A stretch of DNA of 64,000 nt, from the NCBI GenBank assembly GCA_963718615.1, contig OY970368.1:1792001-1856000 (forward strand), given 5' to 3'. The DNA comes from an uncultured cyanobacterium. GTDB taxonomy: Bacteria; Cyanobacteriota; Cyanobacteriia; PCC-9006; JAAUQQ01. Made by a program: the position numbers and the translations under genes. Shown here piece after piece: positions 27,664 through 38,499 of the stretch. A model generated the notes under the pieces. That model did not search any database. It saw only the letters and a list, made by a program, of their open reading frames with translations, and was not told where the DNA came from. Within the stretch, counting starts at the first letter, position 1; each line of letters starts with the position of its first letter.

Positions 27664-28281
27664 ATGCTAAAAGCCTCAGACATCATGACCCAGGATGTGG
27701 TGACGATCAAAGGCTTCGCCACCGTCGCCGATGCCGTCAAACTCATGAAAGACAAGGGCTTGCGCGCCCTGATCGTCGAAAAACGCATCGCCGATGACGC
27801 CTACGCCATGGTCACCGAGACCGATATCGTCTACAAAGTGGCTGCCTTTGGCTTGGATCCCAAGGAAGTCCGCATTTACGAAATCATGACCAAGCCCTGC
27901 ATCACCGTGCCCCCCGATCTAGGCGTTGAATACGTCGCACGGCTGTTTGCCAACACCAAAATTCGTCGGGCTCCTGTGGTAGGCGACCAGGGGTTGCTGG
28001 GCATTATCTCCATCAGCGATATTTTGCACAAAAGCGACTTTGTGGAAAAGCCCAAAGCTGTGGTTTATGAAAACCGGATTCAGGAGGCGATCGCCAACGC
28101 CCGCGAAATCTGCGCCGCCCAAGGCGCAACCTCTGCCGACTGCGCCGCCGCCTGGGATATCGTCGAAGAACTCCAAGCCTCCGCAGCCCACCAGCGCCAA
28201 ATTAAAATTGAGAAATCCGCCTACGAAACCTACTGCGAAGACAATCCCGATGCCCGTGCAGCGCGGGATTATGAATGTTAA
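27664..28281 (+). CDS. CBS-CP12 protein
   Basis: Two CBS domains plus CP12 motifs CAAAWDIVEELQ and YCEDNPDA. Confidence 0.92.
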   Translation: MLKASDIMTQDVVTIKGFATVADAVKLMKDKGLRALIVEKRIADDAYAMVTETDIVYKVAAFGLDPKEVRIYEIMTKPCITVPPDLGVEYVARLFANTKIRRAPVVGDQGLLGIISISDILHKSDFVEKPKAVVYENRIQEAIANAREICAAQGATSADCAAAWDIVEELQASAAHQRQIKIEKSAYETYCEDNPDARAARDYEC

Positions 28282-28360
28282 AGCGTATCTATCACTAAGG
28301 TGTACGCTGACTCAGTCGAGAGCTGAAGGTATTTGAGGGTACAGCTATGGGGGTACAGCC

Positions 28361-28933
28361 ATGACGATCGCAACACCCAAACCCATCCCACTTGCAGCGT
28401 TTTTGCAGCTCGATTACATCAACGAATCGCCAGCTTGGGAATATATCAATGGGGAGGTTATCCAGAAAACCATGGGTGGTGTCAAACACAATACAGTGCA
28501 GAAACGCTTGGTCGGGGTTATTGATGGGGCCAGTCTTGATCTGGCCGAGCCCTACGAAGCCTTTCCAGAGTTACGCTGCACCCCCAACGCCCGCTCCGTC
28601 GTACCTGACATTGTTGTGATTCGACGCCACCAAATTCCCCTGGATGAAACTGGAGAACTGAGTGGCCAAGGCATTGATTTTGCACCAGATTGGGTCATTG
28701 AAGTGCTGTCTCCGGGGCAAAATCAAACCAAAGTAACCGACAACATTTTGTACTGCATTCGCCATGGCAGCCAGTTGGGCTGGTTGATTGATCCCATTGC
28801 CAGGGCAGTTTTGGTCTACCAACCCGATCGCCTACCTGAGGTTTTGAGAGAAGACGCCCTGTTACCTGTACTGGACGGACTCACCCTCCAATTGACCGCA
28901 GAACAAGTTTTCCAGTGGTTAAGACCCAACTAA
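28361..28933 (+). CDS. Uma2-family endonuclease
   Basis: EYINGEVIQK, VPDI, PDWVIEVLSP, GWLIDP. Confidence 0.92.
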   Translation: MTIATPKPIPLAAFLQLDYINESPAWEYINGEVIQKTMGGVKHNTVQKRLVGVIDGASLDLAEPYEAFPELRCTPNARSVVPDIVVIRRHQIPLDETGELSGQGIDFAPDWVIEVLSPGQNQTKVTDNILYCIRHGSQLGWLIDPIARAVLVYQPDRLPEVLREDALLPVLDGLTLQLTAEQVFQWLRPN

Positions 28934-28999
28934 GACCCAGCTAAAACCCAATTCCATCCAGTCCTGCAACTTAATCCATCCCCTTGAGCTCCCATCCCC

Positions 29000-29809
29000 T
29001 CAAGCCCCCATCCCCGAATACTGCCGCAGCCCCTTGCGCCATAGCCAGCGGTTCAGCCCCGCAAAGAACACACACCAGCCCAGCATCACCGCAAAGCCGC
29101 GCAGAATCGCTGTCTCTAGATCGAGCAAGATCGCAGCCGGGAAATAAACCAGATAGGGAAATGGCGTCCAGAGGGCAATTTGGGCCACCAGGGGAGGAAA
29201 GATATTGAGCGGAGCAACCATGCCCGATAGAAACAGATAGAACAGGTACCAAAACTGCTCGATCGCCGTTGCCCGCTCAATCCAAAAGGCTGCCATGGCA
29301 AAGGTATATTGCACCAAAAAGCGTAGGGTAAACGCCAGCAGCAGCGACAGCACAAACAGCACCATTCGCCATCCCTGGGGCACCCACATCGCCTCGGGGT
29401 AGAGTAGCCCAAACAAAATCACGAGTCCGACAATAAAGGGCAACCGGGCAAACCGCTCGGCTAAGTGACTCAAATAGTGATGCCACCCCGGATCCAGCGG
29501 CTGCAAGAGCCGTAGCGAAAGCGTTCCCTCTACAACTTCTTTCTCAAATTCCCAGATCACCCAAATCACCGTAAACTGGCGAGCGATAAACACCACCAGA
29601 AAATAGCGGGCAAACTCAAGGGGGCTGAGGGAAAACTGACCGCTTTGGGCAGCACTGGTCCAAACCCCCAACAAAATTAGCGGTAGCGAACCCGAGAGCA
29701 TCCAGAGCAGCAGCTCGGCGCGGTATTCCACCATGTAGGCGTAGTAGACAGAGAGGAGCGATCGCCCAATGCGCCACCCGTGCTGAATTTTTTGTTGCAT
29801 CACCATCAC
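29000..29809 (-). CDS. ABC-2 type permease
   Basis: Six TM helices, coupled to ABC ATPase. Confidence 0.88.
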   Translation of the reverse strand: MMVMQQKIQHGWRIGRSLLSVYYAYMVEYRAELLLWMLSGSLPLILLGVWTSAAQSGQFSLSPLEFARYFLVVFIARQFTVIWVIWEFEKEVVEGTLSLRLLQPLDPGWHHYLSHLAERFARLPFIVGLVILFGLLYPEAMWVPQGWRMVLFVLSLLLAFTLRFLVQYTFAMAAFWIERATAIEQFWYLFYLFLSGMVAPLNIFPPLVAQIALWTPFPYLVYFPAAILLDLETAILRGFAVMLGWCVFFAGLNRWLWRKGLRQYSGMGA

Positions 29810-30786
29810 ACTGTCCCCTGGGTAAACACCTGGCCAATCACCTCTTCAATGGGCGGATCCGTCACGCTCAAATCCACCACATCGAGCTCCGCTAAAACCT
29901 GAGACACCACCCGCGTGAGTTGATCCCTGGCCACCAGCAACCGCACCGATTGCCCTTCAACACTCTCCACCTGGCCATAGCGCGCCAAATCGGCAGCGGG
30001 ATAAGCACGCCCCAAATCCAACTGCACCGCACGGCAGGGGGCAAACCGCTCTAGCAACCCTTCCAGACTGCCATCGTAGATCAGTTGACCCTGATGAATC
30101 AGCAACACCCGCTCACACAGTGCCGTGATATCGGCCATATAGTGAGATGTCAGCAAAATCGTCGCCTGGTAGCGTTCGTTATAATCCCGCAGGAAGTCCC
30201 GCACCGCCGCCTGAGCGTTCACATCCAGTCCCAGGGTTGGCTCATCCAAAAACAGCACCGTGGGATGGTGCAACAACGCCGCCAACAGCTCTGCTTTCAT
30301 CCGTTCCCCGAGGGAAAGCTTGCGCACGGGCTGCTGGAGTTTGGCCTGGAGGGACAGCATTTCCGCCAGATCATGGATCCGCTGTTGGGCTACGACATCG
30401 CTCAAGCCATAGACCGCTGCATTGATCTTGAGCGAATCCAACGTCGGCAAATCCCAGATGAGCTGTTGTTTTTGCCCCATGACCAGACTAATTTTCTGCA
30501 AGAATGGCGTCTCACGGCGAAACGGCACCCGCCCCGCCACCCGCACCTCTCCCTCCGAAGGATGAATTAACCCCGTCAACATTTTGAGCGTTGTCGTTTT
30601 ACCCGCTCCATTGGGACCGAGGAAACCCACGACTTCTCCTGGCTCAATGTCAAACGACACCCCCCGCACCGCTTCTACGTATTTGTATTGACGTTGCAAG
30701 AAATGCTTGATAGTGCCTTTAAAACCGGGATCTTTGAAGGCTACGGGATAAACCTTCGTGAGGTTATGAACCTGAATAATCGGCAT
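29806..30786 (-). CDS. ABC transporter ATP-binding protein
   Basis: GPNGAGKT, LSLGE, LFLDEPT. Confidence 0.95.
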   Translation of the reverse strand: MPIIQVHNLTKVYPVAFKDPGFKGTIKHFLQRQYKYVEAVRGVSFDIEPGEVVGFLGPNGAGKTTTLKMLTGLIHPSEGEVRVAGRVPFRRETPFLQKISLVMGQKQQLIWDLPTLDSLKINAAVYGLSDVVAQQRIHDLAEMLSLQAKLQQPVRKLSLGERMKAELLAALLHHPTVLFLDEPTLGLDVNAQAAVRDFLRDYNERYQATILLTSHYMADITALCERVLLIHQGQLIYDGSLEGLLERFAPCRAVQLDLGRAYPAADLARYGQVESVEGQSVRLLVARDQLTRVVSQVLAELDVVDLSVTDPPIEEVIGQVFTQGTV

Positions 30787-31265
30787 AGGGTAGCAACACC
30801 ATGGGTCTAGGACAGGGCATCAAGGAGGCTGGACTCCAACCCTTCCCCTACTCTGCCACAAATACTCTGCTAGACAAGTCTCCGTAATTCCTCGCCCCTT
30901 TAACAAGCCCATAGGGGTAGGTTTCGGCTCAGGCTCCCATTCACCTCGGACAAATCGCGCAAGTTTTGAAGCATTATGGGTCTGAATGTTAGGAAATTGG
31001 CGCAGTAAAAGTCACTTGAATCTCAAAATCTTTTAGGGTTTTTAAGGATATAAAACTGACATAATTGATAGCTACTATTCCGGACTATATGCTTTTTATC
31101 AGAAAGAACTTTATAGTAGAGTGATAACAGAGATTGCTCAGGTAAGCGCCTATTTTGCAATTGCAATCTTAAGGTCAATACCTATCGAATATTTGAGTCT
31201 AAAGCATCTAGCCTCTCCCCACCTGATTCAGACTAGATTTTCGATCGAAGCGGCATTCTTGAACT

Positions 31266-32084
31266 ATGGATTTTTCACAAAAGTCTCATGCGGACCAACT
31301 TCTCCGGCGGGGCCTTAGTCAATACAAACATCGCAATTATTCAGAAGCCTTAGGGTTTTACCAAGAAGCTCTGACCCTCTACGAATCGCTCCAAGATGAT
31401 CGCGGTCAGGCCGATGTGACCTTGGAATTGGGAACGGTGTATGCTCAACTCAAATACTATGCACCAGCGTTTGAACTGTTGCAGCGATCGCTCAAGCTCT
31501 ATCAAGCCCTCAACTGTCGCCAAGGCTGTGGCAATGCCCTTCTCTACATCGGCAATGCCTACCTAGACATGAGTCAATGTAAAAAGGCGATCGTGGCCTA
31601 TCAAGATGCGTTTCAGCATTATCAAGCGGTGGGTTGCATTACGGGAGAAGCCCAGGTTTTGAATCGACTGGGAATTGTGTATCGCAACATGGAACAGCCC
31701 GAAAAGGCGATCGCCGTCACCCAGCAAGCCCTCGAAATTCATCGCCAATCGGGGGATTCTCGACAAATGGCCAGCGCTTTAGTTTGTCTCGGCAATATTT
31801 ATTTAGCGACGGATCGCGAACACAAGGCAATTGAAATGTTTGAACAGGCCCGAGAATTGTATCGAACGGTGAGCGATCGCCACTCCGAAGCCCTATCCCT
31901 CTTCAATCTCGGCTTGGCCCATGGCCGCTTATCGCAATTTGAAGCGGCCCAAAAGTGGTTTCAATCTACGATTCGATTGGCCCAAACCATTGGTGCTATC
32001 CCGCTCAAAAACCAAGCACAGCAAAGTCTACAGCTTTTACAGGAGGCCATGGCGCAAAACCCGATAGTGGAAAGCGCAGCCTAG
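31266..32084 (+). CDS. TPR protein
   Basis: Tandem TPR-like helical repeats. Confidence 0.88.
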   Translation: MDFSQKSHADQLLRRGLSQYKHRNYSEALGFYQEALTLYESLQDDRGQADVTLELGTVYAQLKYYAPAFELLQRSLKLYQALNCRQGCGNALLYIGNAYLDMSQCKKAIVAYQDAFQHYQAVGCITGEAQVLNRLGIVYRNMEQPEKAIAVTQQALEIHRQSGDSRQMASALVCLGNIYLATDREHKAIEMFEQARELYRTVSDRHSEALSLFNLGLAHGRLSQFEAAQKWFQSTIRLAQTIGAIPLKNQAQQSLQLLQEAMAQNPIVESAA

Positions 32085-32178
32085 AAATTCTGCCCTGGGA
32101 GGGAGTTTTGACCCTTACCGAAATGCAAATCTCAAACTCTGCGACAATGGCTTCATTGCGCTTTGGTCAAGTCTCCCC

Positions 32179-32889
32179 ATGGTTCCGCTCAAGGATGATA
32201 ACCCCATTCGGATTACGCCCTACGTCACTTACGGGTTAATTGCGGTCAATATTTTAGTCTTTTTGCAAGAGGCAATGTTGGGGGGTCCTCAGCTTGATCG
32301 TTTTTTTCACCAGTGGGCGTTGGTCCCCCTTGAGCTGACCCAAAGCTTTGCCGTCGGGCCTTCCCGCTTCAGCTTCAACGAATGGCAAACCCTGATTTCG
32401 TCTCAGTTTCTCCACGGGGGCTTTTTGCACTTGGGGGGCAATATGCTCTACCTCTGGATCTTTGGCAACAACCTAGAGGAGCAAATGGGACGGCTGCGGT
32501 TTTTGCTGTTTTATCTGCTCTGTGGGGTTTTGGCGGCGTTGGCGCAGTGGTTCTTTGGACCGGATTCAACGGTGCCATCCCTGGGGGCGAGTGGGGCGAT
32601 CGCCGGAGTCATGGGGGCCTATATTTTCCGCTATCCCACGATTAAGATTTTGACGTTAGTGCCCCTGGGGATCTTTTTCTTTACGGCGCGGATTCCGGCG
32701 ATCGTCTATCTAGGCATTTGGTTTGTGCAGCAGGCCCTCTACGGTCTTGCCAGTTTGCAAGTGCCCACCAATATCGGCATGGAAAGCGGTGGCATTGCCT
32801 ATTGGGCTCATGCGGGCGGGTTTGTGTTTGGCGCAGTCCTGGGGCCACTCTTTGGTTTGTTTGACAAGCGTCGAGACGAATGGTCCTAA
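32179..32889 (+). CDS. Rhomboid intramembrane serine protease
   Basis: HLGGNM, GASGA, AHAGG. Confidence 0.93.
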   Translation: MVPLKDDNPIRITPYVTYGLIAVNILVFLQEAMLGGPQLDRFFHQWALVPLELTQSFAVGPSRFSFNEWQTLISSQFLHGGFLHLGGNMLYLWIFGNNLEEQMGRLRFLLFYLLCGVLAALAQWFFGPDSTVPSLGASGAIAGVMGAYIFRYPTIKILTLVPLGIFFFTARIPAIVYLGIWFVQQALYGLASLQVPTNIGMESGGIAYWAHAGGFVFGAVLGPLFGLFDKRRDEWS

Positions 32890-32905
32890 ACGGCAGCGTG
32901 ACGGC

Positions 32906-33991
32906 ATGACAGACGGCATGACAGACAGCAAACCCAGCGCCCAAGCCGTTCAAGACCGGGAACACGAGCCTTGGCTGGCGGTCAATCTGTCCAAACTGTT
33001 ACCCGGCCTGGGGCAAATCTATAACGGTCGCTGGCGACGGGGGCTGGTTTTGATCGCCCTCACCGTGGGGCTGGCACTGCTTTCGGTGTTTTGGCTCATC
33101 AGCCCCCTGCCACGGGGTTTGGTTTACAGCCTAGGCAGTTTTGGGCTGCTCCTGCTTTTGAGCCTCTGGAATGCGGTGGATGCCTATCGCCTGACGCCCG
33201 ATCGCTATCCCGGCAAAGATCCCTGGCTGGCGGTCTTTTTGACGACCTTGGTGGTGGGATTAGGACAACTCTATGTCCGCAAATTTTGGCTGGGTGCCCT
33301 CTTGTTGGGGGTGGCGATCGCCAGTTTTGCGTTGCCGCTGCTGCGGCTGCTCCTGTGGCTGCTGGTGCCCCTCGCCGCCTGGCTGGCCTACCGCGCAACG
33401 CCGACCCACCGACCCTTTCCCAAAACCGGCAAAGCCGCTGGACTCGTAGTCCTCGTCACGTTGATTTTGCCCCTGGGGTTGTCCCTACCTGCGGCCTGGG
33501 CCTTGCGCCATGGGGTCATGGAGGCCCGTTCCATTGCCTCGGCCTCGATGCAGCCGACGCTCCAGGTCGGGGATCGCTTGGTCGTCAATAAGCTGGTTTA
33601 TCGCTGGCGATCGCCCCAGCGAGGTGACATTGTCCTCTTCGACGCACCACCGGTTTTGCAACAGTCCCGAATTGAGGGGACACTGATTGGGCGAGTGATT
33701 GGATTACCGGGCGATCGCCTAGAAGTCAAGCCAGGAAAGGTTTTGCTCAATGGCCAGCCCCTCGCAGAGGCCTATATTCTCGAACCCCCGGACTATGCCT
33801 GGGGACCCGAAACCGTGCCTCCGAATAGCTATGCGGTCTTGGGCGATAACCGCAACAATGCCTACGACAGCCACTACTGGGGATTTGTGTCGCGATCGCT
33901 GATTCGAGGCCAAGCCACCCAGCGCTTTTGGCCCCTGAGCCGGTGGGGATTGCTGGCGGTCGAGGCCCCCAGGGCCAGTGGCCAGCGGTGA
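32906..33991 (+). CDS. Signal peptidase I with extended N-terminal TM region
   Basis: SMQPTL, RGDIV, GDNRNNAYDSHYWG; the usual IKR catalytic Lys position reads IGR. Confidence 0.8.
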   Translation: MTDGMTDSKPSAQAVQDREHEPWLAVNLSKLLPGLGQIYNGRWRRGLVLIALTVGLALLSVFWLISPLPRGLVYSLGSFGLLLLLSLWNAVDAYRLTPDRYPGKDPWLAVFLTTLVVGLGQLYVRKFWLGALLLGVAIASFALPLLRLLLWLLVPLAAWLAYRATPTHRPFPKTGKAAGLVVLVTLILPLGLSLPAAWALRHGVMEARSIASASMQPTLQVGDRLVVNKLVYRWRSPQRGDIVLFDAPPVLQQSRIEGTLIGRVIGLPGDRLEVKPGKVLLNGQPLAEAYILEPPDYAWGPETVPPNSYAVLGDNRNNAYDSHYWGFVSRSLIRGQATQRFWPLSRWGLLAVEAPRASGQR

Positions 33992-34003
33992 ACCTCCAGC
34001 GCT

Positions 34004-34966
34004 TCAGGCCCCCGTCAGCAACTCTCCCAGCTCAACCCGTAGGCCATTGACGAAATCCCAGCCGGACATGTCTTTCTTACCCGCCGGTTTCACCCGTTTG
34101 AGCAACAGCGGCCCATCGCCGGTTTGGACCACAGGCCCTTGGCCCTTGAGCAAGGCAATCACCTGACCGGGGTGGCTTTCCGAGGTTTGAAGCGGTTCCT
34201 CCGTTGCGCCTAGGGGGCTTGTTGCCAAAATCTTGAGGGCTTCGCCGCGAAACTGCGTGCTGCTGTTGGGATAGAAGCCCCGGACCTGATTGTGGAGGGC
34301 GATCGCCCCCTTCGACCAATCCAGCTCATAATCCTCTTTTTGAATCAACGGCGCATAGGTCGCCAAGGCATGGTCCTGGGGAATCGCCGTCACCGTTCCC
34401 GCCTCCAACTGCACTAGCGTCTCAACCAGGGTTTGCGCCCCCAACGCCGCCATCCGCTCCGCCACAGCCCAGGCGGTTTCCTCCGGACCAATGGGCATTT
34501 TCGACACCAGAAGCATATCGCCCGTATCCATGCCTTCATCCATTTTCATCGTCGTCACGCCGGTTTCGGTCTTACCCTGGACAATGCTCCACTGGATCGG
34601 AGCCGCACCTCGATAGTCCGGCAGCAGCGAACCATGGACATTGACGCAGCCCAACCGGGGCATATCCAAGATTTGCTTCGAGAGAATTTGGCCGTAGGCG
34701 ACGACGACAAAGACATCGGCCTGCAAGGCTTCTAGGGCAGCCAGGGTTTCTGGATCTTTTTTGATCCGAGCCGGTTGCCAAACTGGGAGATTGTGGGCAA
34801 TGGCCACCGCTTTGACCGGCGAGGGCGTGGTTTGGTTGCCCCGACCCCGACGCTTATCCGGCTGGGTCACGCAGCCGATCACCTCAAAGCGATCGTCCTG
34901 GAGCAGCGCCTCCAAGCAAGGCACTGCGAATTGCGGGGTTCCAAAGAAGACGACAGAAAGCGCCAT
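34004..34966 (-). CDS. fmt: Methionyl-tRNA formyltransferase
   Basis: [35 protein letters not shown]. Confidence 0.96.
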   Translation of the reverse strand: MALSVVFFGTPQFAVPCLEALLQDDRFEVIGCVTQPDKRRGRGNQTTPSPVKAVAIAHNLPVWQPARIKKDPETLAALEALQADVFVVVAYGQILSKQILDMPRLGCVNVHGSLLPDYRGAAPIQWSIVQGKTETGVTTMKMDEGMDTGDMLLVSKMPIGPEETAWAVAERMAALGAQTLVETLVQLEAGTVTAIPQDHALATYAPLIQKEDYELDWSKGAIALHNQVRGFYPNSSTQFRGEALKILATSPLGATEEPLQTSESHPGQVIALLKGQGPVVQTGDGPLLLKRVKPAGKKDMSGWDFVNGLRVELGELLTGA

Positions 34967-35053
34967 AGACCGAATTTACGAGCGTTACGAACGATTCACG
35001 AACTGTTTTAGTGTCTCAGTTTTAGCGTCTGATTGGGTGTTTGGCTGGGTCTC

Positions 35054-36031
35054 TTACTTCGGCGTCACTCGAATCTCTAGCCGACGATTGCGCTGGCGGT
35101 TTTCGTTGCCGTCATTGGGCACCAGGGGGTCCGCATCGCCGTAGCCGACGGGATTCCAAATCAGGCGATCGCTCCCCCCCTGCAATTTCAAATAATCCAC
35201 AATGATCTGAGCCCGTCGCAACGACAGCTCCCGTCGCGTGGCCGCAGGTCCCACATCGTCCGTATGCACTCCCACGGTAACGATCGCCGCCGGATAGGAT
35301 CGCAGATTGCTCAGCAGTGCCCCCAACAAGGCCGTGGAGCCAGGTTTGAGTAGACTTTGGTTATCTTCAAACAGCGGGTCCAGCGGCAGCGTCACGGTCA
35401 GGGGGCGAGGATTGGGCTCAGGTTGTCCCGAGGCTTTCGGTCCTATTCCCGGATTGGCAAGGGTTTGGGCCAAGGTTGTCAACCGTTGATTGGGTTCTGC
35501 GCCTGCATACTGATAGCCCAACTGTTGCTCCAGCGCCGCTGTTCGCAGCGTCACCTGGGTCAGCTCCGTTTGCAGCGCTGCCACCTCGCCTGCCATCTGC
35601 TCGCGCCGCAGATCGCTGAGAAGTGGGGCCGCTGGGGCTAGCTGGGGTTGGGGTGGGGGCTCCAGCCCATTGAGCAAAGCCCGTGCTCCTTGGATCGGCA
35701 GTCGCCGCAGGGTGCGTAGGCCACCGGCCCCGGTTTCCAGGGCTGTTTCCAGCAGCGGCGAGGCGTTGGAACGAGGAGCGGGGAAAAATTCGGCTAGGAC
35801 GATTCCCGCTGCGGTGGCGACAGTCCCCGCTAAAACCAGGGCAAATCCAGAGGCCAAGCCTTTGAGCAACGCACCCAGCCCTAAGCGCCGTCCAACGTGT
35901 CGCTGTCGAACCTGAGATTCTGGGGAATCTGGGGCCATCGTGGCTTCGGGAGATTCCGCCAAAATTGCGGTCGTCGATTGCTCAGTCGTCGAGCGGGGGG
36001 CTTCTGGATTGGGGGGAGCAGACTCTTCCAT
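35054..36031 (-). CDS. OmpA/MotB-domain protein
   Basis: HTDD, LSLRRA, GYG, NRRLEI. Confidence 0.88.
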   Translation of the reverse strand: MEESAPPNPEAPRSTTEQSTTAILAESPEATMAPDSPESQVRQRHVGRRLGLGALLKGLASGFALVLAGTVATAAGIVLAEFFPAPRSNASPLLETALETGAGGLRTLRRLPIQGARALLNGLEPPPQPQLAPAAPLLSDLRREQMAGEVAALQTELTQVTLRTAALEQQLGYQYAGAEPNQRLTTLAQTLANPGIGPKASGQPEPNPRPLTVTLPLDPLFEDNQSLLKPGSTALLGALLSNLRSYPAAIVTVGVHTDDVGPAATRRELSLRRAQIIVDYLKLQGGSDRLIWNPVGYGDADPLVPNDGNENRQRNRRLEIRVTPK

Positions 36032-36115
36032 CAGTCAAGGCCTCGTGGGCGTCCTACGAAAATCCTTTAGAATAGGGCATGATTGTCCATCAGTCTGCCT
36101 ATCCTGACATGAACC

Positions 36116-36511
36116 ATGAGTGACAAGCAAAGTTCTAAGCTGACCCCGTCCGTTCTGCAATGGGGTCTAGGCGTTGCAATTGCGACCGTAGCCCTGATCC
36201 CTGGAGCCGCGATCGCCCAAACCGCAACCCCTGAAGAAACGGTCTGGGGCAAAGAAACCGTAGATCCGTTTTCCCCCAACAACGGGGCTTCTAGTTTGCT
36301 GGACTTGATGCAGCAGATCAATCGCGGCCCCAGCCAAAGCTGGTCAGATTTTCGCGCCAATCAGCAAGAGAATCTCGATAGTGCAGCGGCGGCCTTTCGC
36401 GATCGCCAGCGTCTCCTCCTCCAGCCTAATGCCAGCTCGATCGGCCCCAGCGCCAATATCGAAGCCATCGAACTCCAACCGGCAGATCCCCAACCGGATA
36501 GCATGGAATAA
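36116..36511 (+). CDS. Secreted hypothetical protein
   Basis: Signal peptide ending AIA-Q. Confidence 0.7.
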   Translation: MSDKQSSKLTPSVLQWGLGVAIATVALIPGAAIAQTATPEETVWGKETVDPFSPNNGASSLLDLMQQINRGPSQSWSDFRANQQENLDSAAAAFRDRQRLLLQPNASSIGPSANIEAIELQPADPQPDSME

Positions 36512-36626
36512 GACCTGCAATCAGAATGGATTGACCCTTCCTAAACCGTGAGAGACTAAAAGCAATCAACGTTTGCTCATGTTTAGCCTAAGGGGTAGCC
36601 CAAGGGGAAGAGGGGGAAAAGAGGTC

Positions 36627-38138
36627 ATGGTAGCGGCTGGCCCAGATCAGGCTCAAGACTATTCCAATTCGCAACCGCCGCTGGACTGGGCGGCGATCGC
36701 CCAGTCCTTTGAAAGGGCCTTGGGGGGCGATCGCGTCGTGCGTCGTCGTGAAGAGCTCCTGGTCTACGAGTGCGATGGCCTAACAAGCTACCGTCAGCAG
36801 CCCAAACTTGCCATCCTGCCCCGCACCACAGAGGAAGTGGCCAAGGCCGTCCAGCTTTGCAACCATTGGAATCTGCCCTTCGTGGCGAGAGGCTCCGGGA
36901 CTGGGCTTTCGGGAGGGGCACTGCCCGTAGAAAATTCGGTCTTGATCGTCACGGCTCGGATGCGGCAGATCTTAGACATTGATCTCGACAATCAGCGGGT
37001 GGTGGTTCAACCCGGTGTGATTAATAGTTGGGTGACCCAGGCCGTCAGCGGCGCTGGGTTTTATTATTCGCCGGATCCCTCCAGCCAAATTGTTTGCTCG
37101 GTAGGGGGCAATGTGGCGGAGAACTCCGGCGGGGTTCACTGCATGAAGTATGGCGTGACGACCAACCATGTCCTGGGGCTGAAATTGGTGTTGCCCGATG
37201 GGGCGATCGTCGATGTGGGGGGCCGGGTGCCGGAAATGCCAGGGTATGATCTCACTGGCATTTTTGTGGGATCCGAAGGGACCCTGGGCATTGCAACGGA
37301 AATTGCGTTGCGGATTCTCAAATCTGCCGACAGCATTCGCGTTCTGCTGGCGGATTTTACCAGTGTTGAAGCGGCGGGCGCAGCGGTGACCGGGATTGTT
37401 GGGGCGGGGGTCATTCCGGCGGCGATGGAAATGATGGACAACCTCAGTATTAATGCCGTTGAGGATGTGGCTAAAACCAATTGTTATCCTCGGGATGCGG
37501 CAGCGATTTTGTTGGTGGAGCTGGATGGTCGTGAGCTTGAGGTGGAGGCTAATAGCGATCGCGTCACCGAAATCTGCCGTGCCCACGGTGCTCGCAATAT
37601 CACCAGCGCCACCGATGAGCAGGAGCGTCTCACGCTCTGGAAAGGCCGCAAGGCTGCCTTCGCCGCCATGGGTCAGCTCAGCCCGGATTACTACGTCCAA
37701 GATGGGGTAATTCCCCGCACCCAACTGCCCTGGGTTTTGCAGGAAATCGCGGATTTGGGCAAACAGCATGGCTACTATGTGGCGAATGTCTTTCACGCAG
37801 GGGATGGTAATTTGCATCCGCTGATTTTGTACGACAACGCTGTTCCCGGCGCGCTCCAGCAGGTGGAAGCCTTGGGCGGCGATATTCTCAAGCTTTGCGT
37901 CAAGGCAGGGGGCAGTATTTCCGGGGAGCATGGCATCGGCGCGGACAAGCGCTGCTATATGCCCCAAATGTTTTCGGAAACGGATTTGGAAACGATGCAG
38001 TTTGTCCGGCAGGCCTTTAATCCCAAGGGATTGGCGAATCCCACCAAGATTTTCCCAACCCCCAAAACCTGCGGCGAAGCGGCCAACGCGGCCAAGAGAG
38101 CCAACCTTAAGCCGATCGACGGGATTGAGCGATTCTAG
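36627..38138 (+). CDS. glcD: Glycolate dehydrogenase FAD subunit
   Basis: RGSGTGLSGG, PDPSSQ, KYGVT, HAGDGNLHP, GEHGIG. Confidence 0.93.
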   Translation: MVAAGPDQAQDYSNSQPPLDWAAIAQSFERALGGDRVVRRREELLVYECDGLTSYRQQPKLAILPRTTEEVAKAVQLCNHWNLPFVARGSGTGLSGGALPVENSVLIVTARMRQILDIDLDNQRVVVQPGVINSWVTQAVSGAGFYYSPDPSSQIVCSVGGNVAENSGGVHCMKYGVTTNHVLGLKLVLPDGAIVDVGGRVPEMPGYDLTGIFVGSEGTLGIATEIALRILKSADSIRVLLADFTSVEAAGAAVTGIVGAGVIPAAMEMMDNLSINAVEDVAKTNCYPRDAAAILLVELDGRELEVEANSDRVTEICRAHGARNITSATDEQERLTLWKGRKAAFAAMGQLSPDYYVQDGVIPRTQLPWVLQEIADLGKQHGYYVANVFHAGDGNLHPLILYDNAVPGALQQVEALGGDILKLCVKAGGSISGEHGIGADKRCYMPQMFSETDLETMQFVRQAFNPKGLANPTKIFPTPKTCGEAANAAKRANLKPIDGIERF

Positions 38139-38359
38139 TGACTATCCCTCTGGGAAGAGGGACTGTGGAGTATTGGGTGGTGAATGTGGCGGAGGGTGAG
38201 GTGTTTGCCTTTGGGATGCGGGATGGTGGCAGTGCGAGAATTGAGGTTTCGCAGGTGCTGCCGGGGCTGGCGATGGCGACGGTGGAGGAGGCGCTGAAGC
38301 GGGGCAAGACGGAGGAGGATGGGGCGATTAATCGGTGGTTGATTGAGCAGTTTAGTTAG
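38138..38359 (+). pseudogene. Uma2 C-terminal fragment
   Basis: EYWVVNV..SQVLPGL without the N-terminal half. Confidence 0.65.
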
Positions 38360-38499
38360 CGAAATGGCTCAAGGAAAAAACCTTGGCCTTGAGATTGACT
38401 CATTTGCCGAGTAATTTTACATGGCGCTGCTGGGATGGACGACTATCATGTTCGGTATTGCAGCGAAGCCTTTCAGGCTTAATGTCAGAATGTGATTAA

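Noticed and set aside
32900-32926. 12-bp duplication GACGGCATGACA at the signal peptidase start
   Set aside because: Simple slippage giving two alternative ATGs; no further structure
36972-37967. 331-aa antisense ORF (likewise 60207-61268 and 3392-4150)
   Set aside because: Antisense shadows of glcD, tnpB and istB with no motifs of their own
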